From NCBI GenBank assembly GCA_034190305.1, contig JAXHSV010000001.1:1-56191 (forward strand): a stretch of DNA of 56,191 nucleotides, written 5' to 3'. Of this stretch, positions 36,259 through 46,013 are shown piece after piece. The DNA is from Planctomycetota bacterium (GTDB taxonomy: Bacteria > Planctomycetota > Phycisphaerae > SM23-33). Under the pieces are notes generated by a model that was not told where the DNA came from, did not search any database, and saw nothing but the letters and a program-made list of their open reading frames with translations. Made by a program: the position numbers and the translations under genes. Each line of letters begins with the position of its first letter. The stretch's first letter is position 1.

Positions 36259-39207
36259 CTACTGGTTACCAAGTTCGTCGATCATTTGCAGGACTTCCCC
36301 CGCCTGGCTTTGGGGGTCAAGTTCAAGGGCTTTTTGAGCGGCTGTGCGTGCTTCGGAAAGTTCTTCGGAATTTTTCGATGCTCGTGCGGCGCGATAGTAC
36401 ACCATGGCCAGTTGAGTCCATAAATCTGCGTTTTTCGGTTCGATCAGACACGCGTTTCGCATCGACCGGACAGCCAGGTCGTAGTTGTCCCCTGCGACGT
36501 ACAGGCCTGTCATCGCCTTATGGACGCCGGCGTCGTAGGGATTGATGTTGAGGACCTGTTTGTAATAGTGCAGCGCCTGGTCGGCCTTTCCGGTGGTGCG
36601 ATAGATGTCGGCAATCTGTCGTGCGTATTTGGGGTCCGTCATTGTCCGCCGGTGCAGTTCGATTAGGTTCGGCAGGGCCTTATCAGCCCGCCCCATCTGC
36701 ATGTAGAGTTTGGCGAGTTTCTCATAGCCGTAGGGGTCGAACCGAAGACGCAATTTGTACGCCTCCAGGGCGGCGATGGCTTCGGGCCAGCGATGCTTGC
36801 ACAGGTAGCAGTCAGCCAATATCCTGGCGGAGGTGGCAGAGCGGGGCTTGACCTTCTGAAGCCTTTGGGCGATTGCGATTGCTTCGTCATAGTTCTTCCG
36901 CCCGACCAGCACGCTTCCCAGAACCGCCAGCGCCCTTGGATGATCGGGGTCGATTTTCAGCGCCCTTCGTGCGGGCGCTTCAGCCTGACCGGCCCGGCGC
37001 GCCATCAGCATCGCATAAGCGAGGTCCGCCTGAGCGTCGGCGGATTCTGGTTTTTCCTTAGCCGCTTTTTCCGCCTGGGCAATGCCGGGAATTGGTTCCG
37101 GGTCGAAACCCCACGATGTAACCTGTTTAATCGCCCAGGTGCGGAAATCCTTGTCGAATTGCTCCTCGGTAACGCCGAGTATTTCCCTGAAAACCTTCGT
37201 CTGGGTCCACCCGTTGCCGAAGCCATTAAGCATTTTGATAATGGCGTCGTATCCTTTTTTCTCGACGACATATTCGAATATCCATTCGGACTGTGCATAG
37301 GCGAGGGTGCGGGCGCCGCGCCCGCGACGCCTGGGATCCGGGCGGATGAAGCCCCAGATGAGCGATTTTATCGGATACAATCCATTGTTTCTTACGGCAT
37401 TGACCAGGAGCCCGACTGCCTGGAAGTTTCGACGGTCAGGCTGCTCCCAGACTGCGCATGACTCGGTGAACCAATGCGGGATGCGGTTATTCGTTGCAGA
37501 GAGCGTTACGGCGTGAGTGAATTCATGCCTCAGCACCACCGCCCAGTTGAACATACCCAGCCCGCTGCGCAGCGGGTCCGGAGCCGGCATGCCGATTACC
37601 CGCCCGGTGCAGGCCCCGACGGTTCCGACCCATCCTCTGCCGCTGATACGCACGGAAAAATCGCCGTGCTGGGAGAACATCTCCACGATGGTTCTTTCTT
37701 CCGGTTCGTGGTCGAAATCCCGACATATTTCCGGATAGATTCTCTCCGCCTCTTCGACCAGCATCTCCAGCAGCACCGCGTCGTGCTCACCGTCAACCTT
37801 AATGATGAAGTGTTCGGTTTCCTTGACCTGGTATTTTTTCAGTCTCCGCAGCAGGTTGACGTAGTTGATAACGTCCTGGCGGTAATCATCCAGACCGGCG
37901 GCTTTGTTGAGCGTTTCTTCGGCGAGTTTTTCCCGACCGGTCTGCATGTAGAGCAGCCCCAGACCGGTTACGGGACCGGCCGATTCGGGCGCCATTTTCA
38001 TTGCCTTCTTAAAGTATGTCTCCGCCTCATCGAACTGTCGGGCGGCGGAAAGCCACTGGGCAATGGTGTTGTACAGTTCACTACAGTTCGGATTGACCTT
38101 CTTGACGCGATCTATAAAAGGCCTGGCCTGGTCCGGATTAAATGACCGGATGTGAAGCGCCGCCATCAGCGACAGAGCCTCGATGTGGCGGGGGTTGACC
38201 TTTAAAATCTTCTCAATAACCGGCGTTGCCTGTTCAAACTTGCGCCAACGCATAAGCGTAGCAGCCTTGAGCAAATGCGCATCGGCGCAGTTGGGATTAA
38301 TCTGGAGGGCTTTTTCAGCCTCGGAAATGGCCTGCTCGAAACGCCACGTTTGCAGCAATACTATCCCTCGCCCGACAAATACGGCGGGGATGCGCTTATT
38401 AATTTTATGAGCGAGTTTGAACTCCTCATTTGCCTCATTAGGCTTGTGCTTGCTGAGCAGGAACATCCCAGCCGCTACGTTGGCGGGCCAGTATTTCTTG
38501 TCAACATCCAGATAGGCCTTCTGGAGGTAGTTGTGCAGTATGTTCCGCGCCTGTTCGGACGCTTTCTGCCCGGTAAGTACACCGTATCGGTCAATGATTT
38601 TACCGGCAGCGACCAGGCTTCTCGCATCGGTGATGAAATCGTCTTTGATTAAGGCCTTCTCCAAAGACCTATACACTGTTATCGCCTCAGCCTTCCTGCC
38701 GAGGATTTCGAGAACTTCTCCAAGCCGCAAAATGATCGGTGTCCAGTCGTCGCGGAGTTCGAATCCTTTTCGGGCGACCGACAGCGCCTCATCGTATTTA
38801 CCCGTCTCGATCAGCAGGTCCGACATCTGCACGAACCAATCGGCGTTGTTGGCCGCACGGGCGCCGACGGCATTGAGTGCTGCCGACGCCTCATCGTATT
38901 TGCCGACAGCAGCATATGCCTCCGCCAGACCCAAACCTGAGGATACCGCTTCGGCGGGGTTGGTCTGCAACTTTTTGTACATCTCGGCGGCCTGGGCGTA
39001 CCGGCCCGTCCAGTATAATTTTTTCGCCTCCTCGAGAGTCGGTTTGACATCGGTCGGACGTGTCGCGGCGGTTTTTGTAGTCGGCTTCGACGCCGCCTGC
39101 TCGCCGGTCAAGTTGACGTATCTCGGTACGCCGGCGTTCAGGCCGGAATATAAGGCTGCAATCAGAACGATTGTTATTGCGGATTTACGCATGAATGTTG
39201 CTCTCAT
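36259..39207 (-). CDS. Large secreted TPR-repeat protein with an embedded HExxH (peptidase MA-like) segment
   Basis: Signal-peptide-like N-terminus (MRKSAITIVLIAALYSG), many TPR-like repeats on both sides, and VLRHEFTHAV in the centre. The start could be 39207 or 39192. Confidence 0.7.
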   Translation of the reverse strand: MRATFMRKSAITIVLIAALYSGLNAGVPRYVNLTGEQAASKPTTKTAATRPTDVKPTLEEAKKLYWTGRYAQAAEMYKKLQTNPAEAVSSGLGLAEAYAAVGKYDEASAALNAVGARAANNADWFVQMSDLLIETGKYDEALSVARKGFELRDDWTPIILRLGEVLEILGRKAEAITVYRSLEKALIKDDFITDARSLVAAGKIIDRYGVLTGQKASEQARNILHNYLQKAYLDVDKKYWPANVAAGMFLLSKHKPNEANEEFKLAHKINKRIPAVFVGRGIVLLQTWRFEQAISEAEKALQINPNCADAHLLKAATLMRWRKFEQATPVIEKILKVNPRHIEALSLMAALHIRSFNPDQARPFIDRVKKVNPNCSELYNTIAQWLSAARQFDEAETYFKKAMKMAPESAGPVTGLGLLYMQTGREKLAEETLNKAAGLDDYRQDVINYVNLLRRLKKYQVKETEHFIIKVDGEHDAVLLEMLVEEAERIYPEICRDFDHEPEERTIVEMFSQHGDFSVRISGRGWVGTVGACTGRVIGMPAPDPLRSGLGMFNWAVVLRHEFTHAVTLSATNNRIPHWFTESCAVWEQPDRRNFQAVGLLVNAVRNNGLYPIKSLIWGFIRPDPRRRGRGARTLAYAQSEWIFEYVVEKKGYDAIIKMLNGFGNGWTQTKVFREILGVTEEQFDKDFRTWAIKQVTSWGFDPEPIPGIAQAEKAAKEKPESADAQADLAYAMLMARRAGQAEAPARRALKIDPDHPRALAVLGSVLVGRKNYDEAIAIAQRLQKVKPRSATSARILADCYLCKHRWPEAIAALEAYKLRLRFDPYGYEKLAKLYMQMGRADKALPNLIELHRRTMTDPKYARQIADIYRTTGKADQALHYYKQVLNINPYDAGVHKAMTGLYVAGDNYDLAVRSMRNACLIEPKNADLWTQLAMVYYRAARASKNSEELSEARTAAQKALELDPQSQAGEVLQMIDELGNQ

Positions 39208-39347
39208 AAAGGATGTCAATTTTGCGAGCGAACTGACTACCACTTCGCCATTAGCGCACGAATCACGCTTCCTTTCATAGTATTCGACGATATTTGGTCG
39301 TAAAAAGTTCCCAAATTCGAAAAATTTATCGGACTTGCGCGTAATTA

Positions 39348-40538
39348 CTACAGCCTCGGCACATCTGTGTCTTTTCCGCCATTTTCTGCAGAGAGATATG
39401 CGGCGTAGATAGTCGCTATCGTATCCAGCGCCAATTCAAGCCCTGCCTGTGGGGCTGAACCTGTGGCTGCACATGAAATGAAATCCTGCATCTCGGCGTG
39501 GTACCCGAGTGTGAAATTCTCATCAGGCACAGCCGGGGACCAGCCTTCCTTGGTGCTTATCTTCTCGATGGTGTAGATGTCCTCGTACTGGTCGCCTCGC
39601 GGGTTGAACGTATCGACCAGGTTTGTCGGGCTGATCCGGCAGAGCGTTCGGTGATTGTTGGCGAAGACCTCGACGTAATCGGTCAGCCCGCCGAGGGACA
39701 GTTCGCTGGCGATAACGTCGGCTATCGTGCCGTCATCAAAGACCACGTGCATTATGCCGTAGTCCTCGATGTCGTGATAATCGGTGCGGATAAATCCGGC
39801 GTCGCGATATCCGGGCAATCGTGTTATTTCGTGGACGCGGGCGCTGACACTCGCCGGCCTGATGGGTTTGCCGTTTCGCGCCAAGCCTTCGGCTTCTTTC
39901 AGATACAGCACGCCGCCGAGCGGGTGACAGGCCTTGCCCATCAGCGCCCCGCCGCCGGCGAACCGCCAGATACCATATACCGGCGAACCGGAACCGTTGT
40001 GCGACTCCTCCCCGACCATCCGAAGTATCTGCGCACCGGTCTTTTCGACGATCTCGCGCTCCTTCTGAATGCTGGGGGCATAGACGTAATTCTCGGCATA
40101 CCCAAGAACGACGTTATTATCCCGCACAGCCTCTGCGATGCGCTTAAGACGCTCGATAATCTCATTGAGCATCTTTTTCTTGTCAGCCTTGTTGCCAAAG
40201 AATTCATCCCCCGCGCCCGCCGGCCCGAAGCAACCCGTCAGCGGCTTTTCACAAATAATCCCGACACCTGCCGAGGCGGCTGCGAGGATTCCCTCTTCGT
40301 GAACGTATGGCGGCGAACAGATGTCCAAAACATCGATTTGCTCGAGCATCGCGTTGATGTTTTCATAGACAGGAATATCGTGCTCAGCACCGAACGCCTG
40401 CCGGCTCTCTGCCCGAAGTGACGTAACACCCGCCAATTCGACGTCGAACCCATAAACCCGCCGCAATGATTCGACATGAAAACTCGCAGCAAAGCCCGCA
40501 CCGACTATACCGACTCGCACCTTTTTAACTGTAGTCAT
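39348..40538 (-). CDS. Gfo/Idh/MocA-family oxidoreductase
   Basis: VRVGIVGAGFAASFH Rossmann N-terminus, ICEKPL motif. Confidence 0.8.
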   Translation of the reverse strand: MTTVKKVRVGIVGAGFAASFHVESLRRVYGFDVELAGVTSLRAESRQAFGAEHDIPVYENINAMLEQIDVLDICSPPYVHEEGILAAASAGVGIICEKPLTGCFGPAGAGDEFFGNKADKKKMLNEIIERLKRIAEAVRDNNVVLGYAENYVYAPSIQKEREIVEKTGAQILRMVGEESHNGSGSPVYGIWRFAGGGALMGKACHPLGGVLYLKEAEGLARNGKPIRPASVSARVHEITRLPGYRDAGFIRTDYHDIEDYGIMHVVFDDGTIADVIASELSLGGLTDYVEVFANNHRTLCRISPTNLVDTFNPRGDQYEDIYTIEKISTKEGWSPAVPDENFTLGYHAEMQDFISCAATGSAPQAGLELALDTIATIYAAYLSAENGGKDTDVPRL

Positions 40539-40668
40539 TGTTTGTTGTGCTCCTATAGAAACTAATGATAAATTAAATGAAAAATGTTAATAGATGCAAT
40601 ATAAGACACAACAAGCATCCGGTAATTAGCACTTAGCATTTTACGTTCAGCATTTTACGTTCGGTATT

Positions 40669-40756
40669 TTACTCTTCCTGAATATGTTTTCACGACATAA
40701 GGAATGTGATATTCCAGAGGATATCGGCTGGGGGGGGGCTTTTTGATGTTATTTGC
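40669..40756 (-). repeat. Orphan, decayed copy of the 3' end of the MBL/RNase Z-like gene (direct repeat of 44983-45066)
   Basis: Reads PADILWNITFLMS-stop-KHIQEE-stop, against PADIRQRVTFLMSWKHIQDE-stop in the intact gene. Contains a G9 run at 40730-40738. Confidence 0.8.
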
Positions 40757-40861
40757 TTGCCGCAAACTGATCGCCGAACAGGATCGCCCTTGACCTCCGA
40801 TTGATAAACCCATAGCGTTAATGTGCCGTATCCTTGTAACGTTTGTGCGAAAGAACGGACT

Positions 40862-42118
40862 ATGACTCCAAACCAGTCCATGTTGTGGACCGACCGGCTG
40901 CGGAACATAATGCCATGGGGGTCCAGCACGATTTCAAAGGCTCCGAAATTTGCGCCCGACGAGCCGGGCGCAATCGTTCGCGGTAAGGGTTGTCGGGTCT
41001 GGGACGCCGACGGGCGGGAGTACATCGATTTCCGCAACGCCCTGGGTCCTGTAACATTGGGATATTGCTTCGACGCCGTTAACGAAGCGATCCGTGAGCA
41101 GATGGTCAACGGGATTGTCTTCGGCCAGCCGCACCCCATCGAGTGCCTGGTGGCGGAGATGCTGTGTGAGGTGATTCCGTGCGCGGAGCAGGCAAGATTC
41201 CTCAAGACCGGCGGCGAGGCGCTCGCCGCTTGCATCCGCCTGGCGCGACACCACACGGGACGCGAGCATGTGATACAGATCGGATACAACGGCTGGCTGA
41301 ACAGCCTGTCCGCTGCAGGGGCGGTGCTCCCCGGCCGCATTGGGCCAGCAGCGCCGGCAGGTGTGCCCGAATCGCTCTGTATGCTTCACCATGCCTGCCG
41401 GTGGAACGACCTCTCGCAGATGCAGGCGATTTTCGACAGGTACGACGACCAGATCGCCGCCGTGGTCATTGCGGCGGACTACTCCAAAATGGAAGATGGG
41501 CGGACGTTCTATCCGGCTGTGCGCGAGTTAACGCGGCGGAACGGAACCGTGTTGATCTTCGACGAGATCGTAACGGGATTTCGGATCGCCATTGGGGGAG
41601 TTCAGGAGTACTTCGGCGTCAGCCCGGACATGGCGGTCTTTGCCAAGGGCATGGCCAACGGAATGCCGATATCTGTCTATGTCGGCAGGCGGGAATTAAT
41701 GCAGGATTTCGGAGATGTAATAGTATCTTCGACGTATGGTGGCGAAACGTTGTCGCTAGCCGCCGCCGAGGCTGCAATCCGGACTTATAGAGATCAGGAT
41801 GTGGTGGGACACCTTTGGCGGCAGGGCAGAAGGCTGGTTACAGAGGCGAACAGCCTGTTTGAACAATATGCCTTGGGCATCCGCCTGGAAGGCATGGCCC
41901 CTTGCCCGATTTTCGTCTTTGAAGCAGAAACCGGCAAAACTGATACCGACCGGCTGCAAGATGTTTTCTTTCGCGCCTCGTATCGGCACGGCCTGAGTTT
42001 CTACAACGTCTCCTATGTTAACTTCAGCCACCGTGATGAGGACATCACAGAGGCGATGGATCGGCTTGACGCCGCCTGTGGAGAAATTGCTTCGGAGGGG
42101 GCCGACGGATGCGGGTGA
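40862..42118 (+). CDS. Class-III (GSA-aminomutase-like) PLP aminotransferase
   Basis: GKGCRVWDADGREYIDF, LIFDEIVTGFR, FAKGMANG (PLP-Lys). Start at MTPNQ. Confidence 0.8.
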   Translation: MTPNQSMLWTDRLRNIMPWGSSTISKAPKFAPDEPGAIVRGKGCRVWDADGREYIDFRNALGPVTLGYCFDAVNEAIREQMVNGIVFGQPHPIECLVAEMLCEVIPCAEQARFLKTGGEALAACIRLARHHTGREHVIQIGYNGWLNSLSAAGAVLPGRIGPAAPAGVPESLCMLHHACRWNDLSQMQAIFDRYDDQIAAVVIAADYSKMEDGRTFYPAVRELTRRNGTVLIFDEIVTGFRIAIGGVQEYFGVSPDMAVFAKGMANGMPISVYVGRRELMQDFGDVIVSSTYGGETLSLAAAEAAIRTYRDQDVVGHLWRQGRRLVTEANSLFEQYALGIRLEGMAPCPIFVFEAETGKTDTDRLQDVFFRASYRHGLSFYNVSYVNFSHRDEDITEAMDRLDAACGEIASEGADGCG

Positions 42119-42146
42119 AAAGAGCGTTAATCTTTTCCAATAGCGA

Positions 42147-42911
42147 ATGAGAATTCCTAAAGACATTATCGACGTGCATACTCATATCTGGAGCGATGCC
42201 ACAGGAATGCACGTACGTCCGGGCGAGGAAGAAGCGATCATCGCCATGTCCGATTGTTACGGCATCAATGCTATGGTGGTAATGCCTTTGTGCGGGTCGC
42301 ATCGGCCGACGGCAGAGCAAGTCCGAGCGAGCAACGATGCGGTTGCATCCTTTGCCGAAAAGGACAGGCGGGTCCGACCATTTGGCCAGATCGATCCTCG
42401 GCACGGATCTGTAGCCCTCCAGGAAATTCGTCGCTGCGTGGAAGAGTTGGGCCTGGTCGGATTCAAGGTGTGGGTTGCATTGGCGGACGCACCCGATATG
42501 TACCCGCTCATTGAGCGGATGATCCACTATGACAGGCCCGTCCTGATACACGCGATGCACAAGACTGTGGGGCAGTATCCGTCCGAGAGCGACCCTGTAA
42601 ACGTGGCAAATCTTGCCGGACGATATCCTGAAGCCACCATTATCATGGCGCATATGGGCGGTGATTTCATCTATGGTTGTAACGCCATCGCCGACCTGCC
42701 CAATATCCTGACCGACCCCAGCGGCACTTACTGTGAGACGGGGATGTTGGAATGGGCGGTGGGTGTGCTGGGTGCGGATCGAATCCTCTTCGGCAGCGAT
42801 GCGCCGGGCGCCGACTTCGTGAACAATCTAGCCAAGGTAATGGCGGCGGACATTACCGATCAGGATAAGCGCAAGATCATGTACACCAATGCCAAGAGGC
42901 TTCTGGGATGA
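42147..42911 (+). CDS. Amidohydrolase_2 (PF04909-like) TIM-barrel metal hydrolase
   Basis: IIDVHTHIW HxH motif, IMAHMGG, FGSDAP. Confidence 0.75.
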   Translation: MRIPKDIIDVHTHIWSDATGMHVRPGEEEAIIAMSDCYGINAMVVMPLCGSHRPTAEQVRASNDAVASFAEKDRRVRPFGQIDPRHGSVALQEIRRCVEELGLVGFKVWVALADAPDMYPLIERMIHYDRPVLIHAMHKTVGQYPSESDPVNVANLAGRYPEATIIMAHMGGDFIYGCNAIADLPNILTDPSGTYCETGMLEWAVGVLGADRILFGSDAPGADFVNNLAKVMAADITDQDKRKIMYTNAKRLLG

Positions 42912-43687
42912 ACGAAGCGATGTCTATCACGGACGTATCTGCCTGGGTCGGCGCGTATCCGTTCCGCGGAATCCATCGCAGTTCGTTCGACGACCTGGAG
43001 GCAAAAGCCGAGGAACTGGGTATAGGCCGAATCGTAGTAAGTTCGTTTGAAAACCTGTTTTGGGAAAATAATCTCGACGGATTTAACCTGTGGTGGCAGA
43101 GGCTCACGGGCCGGAACCGATTCGAGCACTGGCCGGTTATCAACCCGGCAATGCCCGGGCAGATTAAGCGTTTGAAAGAACTAATCGAGGAGGCGCAACC
43201 TCGCGGCCTGCGACTCCTGCCGAATTACCACGGATATCAGCTTTCCGACCCGTGTCTCGAAAACCTGATGGGTTTGGTAAAGGACCACGGCCTCGTCGTA
43301 CAGGTGTTTCAACGCATCGCCGATGAGCGATGGCATTGGATGCTGCATACGCCGGCGGTCGAGGACTCTGATATTGTCTCTTTCGTCAGGAATTATCCCG
43401 AGCATCACATCTTGATCAGCGCGATGAACCAACCGAATATCCTGGTGGAGTACCTAGCTGATTGCCCGCACCTGTACGTTGATGTTTCGCGGGTACGTGG
43501 GCCGGTCTTTGCCGTCGAACAGATGCTTGGGAACCTTCCGGCAAACAAGGTTGTTTTCGGCTCGCTCTGGCCGGTACAGATAATCGAAGCGACCCTCTGG
43601 CAGGTTCAGGAAGCACGCATATCCGAGAAGACCCGAAAGGCCGTGCTGCACGAGAACTTTGAGGCGCTTGTGGGATCAGAGGCGTGA
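42908..43687 (+). CDS. Amidohydrolase_2-like protein lacking the N-terminal HxH
   Basis: ITDVSAWVGAYPFRG in place of HxH, C-terminal VFGSLWP. ATGA overlap with the upstream gene. Confidence 0.6.
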   Translation: MNEAMSITDVSAWVGAYPFRGIHRSSFDDLEAKAEELGIGRIVVSSFENLFWENNLDGFNLWWQRLTGRNRFEHWPVINPAMPGQIKRLKELIEEAQPRGLRLLPNYHGYQLSDPCLENLMGLVKDHGLVVQVFQRIADERWHWMLHTPAVEDSDIVSFVRNYPEHHILISAMNQPNILVEYLADCPHLYVDVSRVRGPVFAVEQMLGNLPANKVVFGSLWPVQIIEATLWQVQEARISEKTRKAVLHENFEALVGSEA

Positions 43688-44961
43688 GCAAGTCGGGCGT
43701 AATGCAAACTGATATTCTGGACGCGAAAGTAAGGTTCGTCAGTCAACATTTCGTCAATCCGCTGGTACTCAGTACCGGCTCGATTTCGGAACTTACCGAG
43801 GCCCGTGTTGAAGTGACTGTTCGCGCAGGTGGGCGCGAGGCGACCGGTCGCGGCTCAATATATCTTTCTGACCTATGGGCGTGGCCGGATGCGGCGCTCT
43901 CGCATGAGCATCGCGATGCGGCGCTCAGGCGGTTATGCAAGCGGATTGCCGGCGATCTGCCTGCGCTTTGCGGAGGTCAAGCGGCTCATCCGACGGAATT
44001 GGGCCTGAGGCTGCATGAAAACGTCTGCGACGAGCCTGCACCACCCGCCCTGGCCAGGGCAATGTGCGCCAGCCCGTTCGACGCGGCAATTCATGATGCG
44101 GTCGGCATCGCCTTGAATAAGTCGGCATTCGAGTTTTACAAAGACTCGACCCCACTTCCCAGCGCCGACCGATATTTCGCCCATAGGGATGCCTGTGATG
44201 CAATTGCTCGAACTATTCGCTCGCCCAGACGCACGCTACGAGCGTGGTATATTGTGGGCAAGAATGACTCAATGGAAAAGGACGTCGCTCCGTGGGTCCG
44301 CAACCGTGGCTACCGCTGTTTCAAGATCAAGGTTCTCGGCAGGGATAACGCCTTCGACGTTGCCAGGACGGTGGAGGTCTTTCGGACGGTCAAGGACCTT
44401 GGGGCCAGGAATCCCTGGCTGTCCGTGGATGCCAATGAGGCAAACCCCGACGCGGACAGCGTGCTTGATTACCTGAAGCGGCTGAAGGCCACTGATGCTG
44501 AGGCTTTTGCGGCGCTGCAAAATCTTGAGCAGCCGACCGGCCGGGACATAGCGGTGCACCGATTTGATTGGCGCGAGGTTACCAAACTCAAGCCGGTAAT
44601 GCTGGACGAAGGCCTGACCGGCTTGGACCTGATGGAAGAGGCGGCTGGACAGGGTTGGAGCGGCTTTGCGCTCAAGACGTGCAAAGGTCACAGCGTCGCA
44701 CTCGTCGCAGCCGCATGGGCCAAAGAGCGAGGGCTGCTCGTCTCATTGCAGGACCTGACCAACCCGGGTCTGTCGCTGATTCACGCGGCATTGTTCGCGG
44801 CATACGTACCCATGATTAATGACGTTGAACTGAACTCGCCGCAGTTCACGCCGGCGGCCAACGCAGATTGGCTCCCCAGGCTCAGCGGTCTGTTTGAGCC
44901 GACCGGTGGAGTGCATCGCCTGCCGGAGAAGGTCCCGCCTGGTCTCGGATCGATACTGTAA
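43684..44961 (+). CDS. Enolase-superfamily (mandelate racemase / muconate lactonizing enzyme-like) protein
   Basis: FKIKV (KxK), VDANE, LEQP, MLDE and ALKTCK spacing typical of the MR/MLE metal ligands and general-base Lys. GTGA overlap with the upstream gene. Confidence 0.7.
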   Translation: MSKSGVMQTDILDAKVRFVSQHFVNPLVLSTGSISELTEARVEVTVRAGGREATGRGSIYLSDLWAWPDAALSHEHRDAALRRLCKRIAGDLPALCGGQAAHPTELGLRLHENVCDEPAPPALARAMCASPFDAAIHDAVGIALNKSAFEFYKDSTPLPSADRYFAHRDACDAIARTIRSPRRTLRAWYIVGKNDSMEKDVAPWVRNRGYRCFKIKVLGRDNAFDVARTVEVFRTVKDLGARNPWLSVDANEANPDADSVLDYLKRLKATDAEAFAALQNLEQPTGRDIAVHRFDWREVTKLKPVMLDEGLTGLDLMEEAAGQGWSGFALKTCKGHSVALVAAAWAKERGLLVSLQDLTNPGLSLIHAALFAAYVPMINDVELNSPQFTPAANADWLPRLSGLFEPTGGVHRLPEKVPPGLGSIL

Positions 44962-44982
44962 GCGCAGTCGGCAATTGCAGAC

Positions 44983-45846
44983 TCACTCATCCTGAATATG
45001 TTTCCACGACATGAGGAATGTAACTCTCTGGCGGATGTCGGCTGGCAGTGTCTTTTTGAGGATTTTTCGGGCCTCGGCCAGGTTTGTCCGGCGGGTTACG
45101 TGGGTCAGGACGATCCGCTCGTTATTCATCCCTTCGAGGACTTCTGCCAGGTCGTTTATGTGCAGGTGTCTGCCCGCGCGAGCCCGGCTGATGTGGTCGT
45201 CGTCAAAGAAGGTGCACTCAATAAGCAGCACCCTTGCGTCGCGGACGTGTGGGATGGCGGAGTAATTGGCCCTGGCTGTATCGCCCAGATAAGTTACCAG
45301 CGGAATCTCGACGCTGCGGGTGATCTCGACGCCTTTTTTCTTCAGTTCCACCAGTTCAGGCCCGTCCAGGCCGATGAATTCATCCTTGAGTTTATGGCGG
45401 ACGTCGATAAGCGCAAAACCAAGCGAGTTTCCGATATGCCGCGTTGCGAAGGCCCGCGCGATCAGGCCGCGACGGATTTCATAATCGTCGCCGTCCCCCA
45501 TTCCTACGAACTTGTGCGGCGAGGGATGTCCTTCGACCCGCGCGACCGCGTCCATCAGGTTCTCCAGCGGTCCGACGATGGAATGGGCTACAAGCGCGAC
45601 CCCGCCGGTGATGCCCTGAAAATCCCGCTGGCTGAAGTAATAAGCGATACCGGCTGCATGGTCCATGTGCCCGTGGCTAAGCAGGACGTGGTTGACTCGC
45701 AGCGCCTCGCGCGGGCATCGGCCGATGTCGAAAACCACGTCCAGTTCGGGAACCACGATGACTGACTCCTCCCCGGCGACGCTGTAACCGGCAAGAGTGA
45801 AGTCGTCGAATTCCATGCAACTGAGTTTGAATGCTTGCCTTTTCAT
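44983..45846 (-). CDS. MBL-fold metallo-hydrolase, RNase Z/BN-like
   Basis: VLLSHGHMDHAAG (HxHxDH), THVTRR C-terminal motif. Confidence 0.75.
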   Translation of the reverse strand: MKRQAFKLSCMEFDDFTLAGYSVAGEESVIVVPELDVVFDIGRCPREALRVNHVLLSHGHMDHAAGIAYYFSQRDFQGITGGVALVAHSIVGPLENLMDAVARVEGHPSPHKFVGMGDGDDYEIRRGLIARAFATRHIGNSLGFALIDVRHKLKDEFIGLDGPELVELKKKGVEITRSVEIPLVTYLGDTARANYSAIPHVRDARVLLIECTFFDDDHISRARAGRHLHINDLAEVLEGMNNERIVLTHVTRRTNLAEARKILKKTLPADIRQRVTFLMSWKHIQDE

Positions 45847-45892
45847 GGGACGGCTATCGTAAGGAACGCCACCAGGCGGGTCAAGCAGATGA

Positions 45893-45945
45893 AATTAATG
45901 GGGTGCATAAAGGTTCCGCCAAGACCTTTATGCACCCAAATTAAT
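45893..45945. promoter_or_regulatory. 22-bp-arm palindrome in a divergent promoter region (candidate operator)
   Basis: AATTAATGGGGTGCATAAAGGT-N9-ACCTTTATGCACCCAAATTAAT, between divergently oriented genes. Confidence 0.35.
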
Positions 45946-46013
45946 GTAATGCTTCGCGCAAGAAAGCGTTTAAAATAGTAGAATTATTATAGCCGCTGAA
46001 AGGAAGGGTATGC

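Noticed and set aside
40565-40675. A full AAATGCC-family palindrome upstream of the oxidoreductase gene
   Set aside because: Heptad-like arms are visible (AATGATAAATTAAATGAAAAATG and TAGCATTTTACGTTCAGCATTTTACG), but their complementarity is poor. I treat it as a degenerate or half element only.
40690-41340. 216-aa minus-strand ORF upstream of and overlapping the aminotransferase
   Set aside because: It is not a gene, since most of it is antisense to the aminotransferase. Its last codons (ADILWNITFLMS) were still useful, because they exposed the orphan copy of the MBL gene's 3' end.
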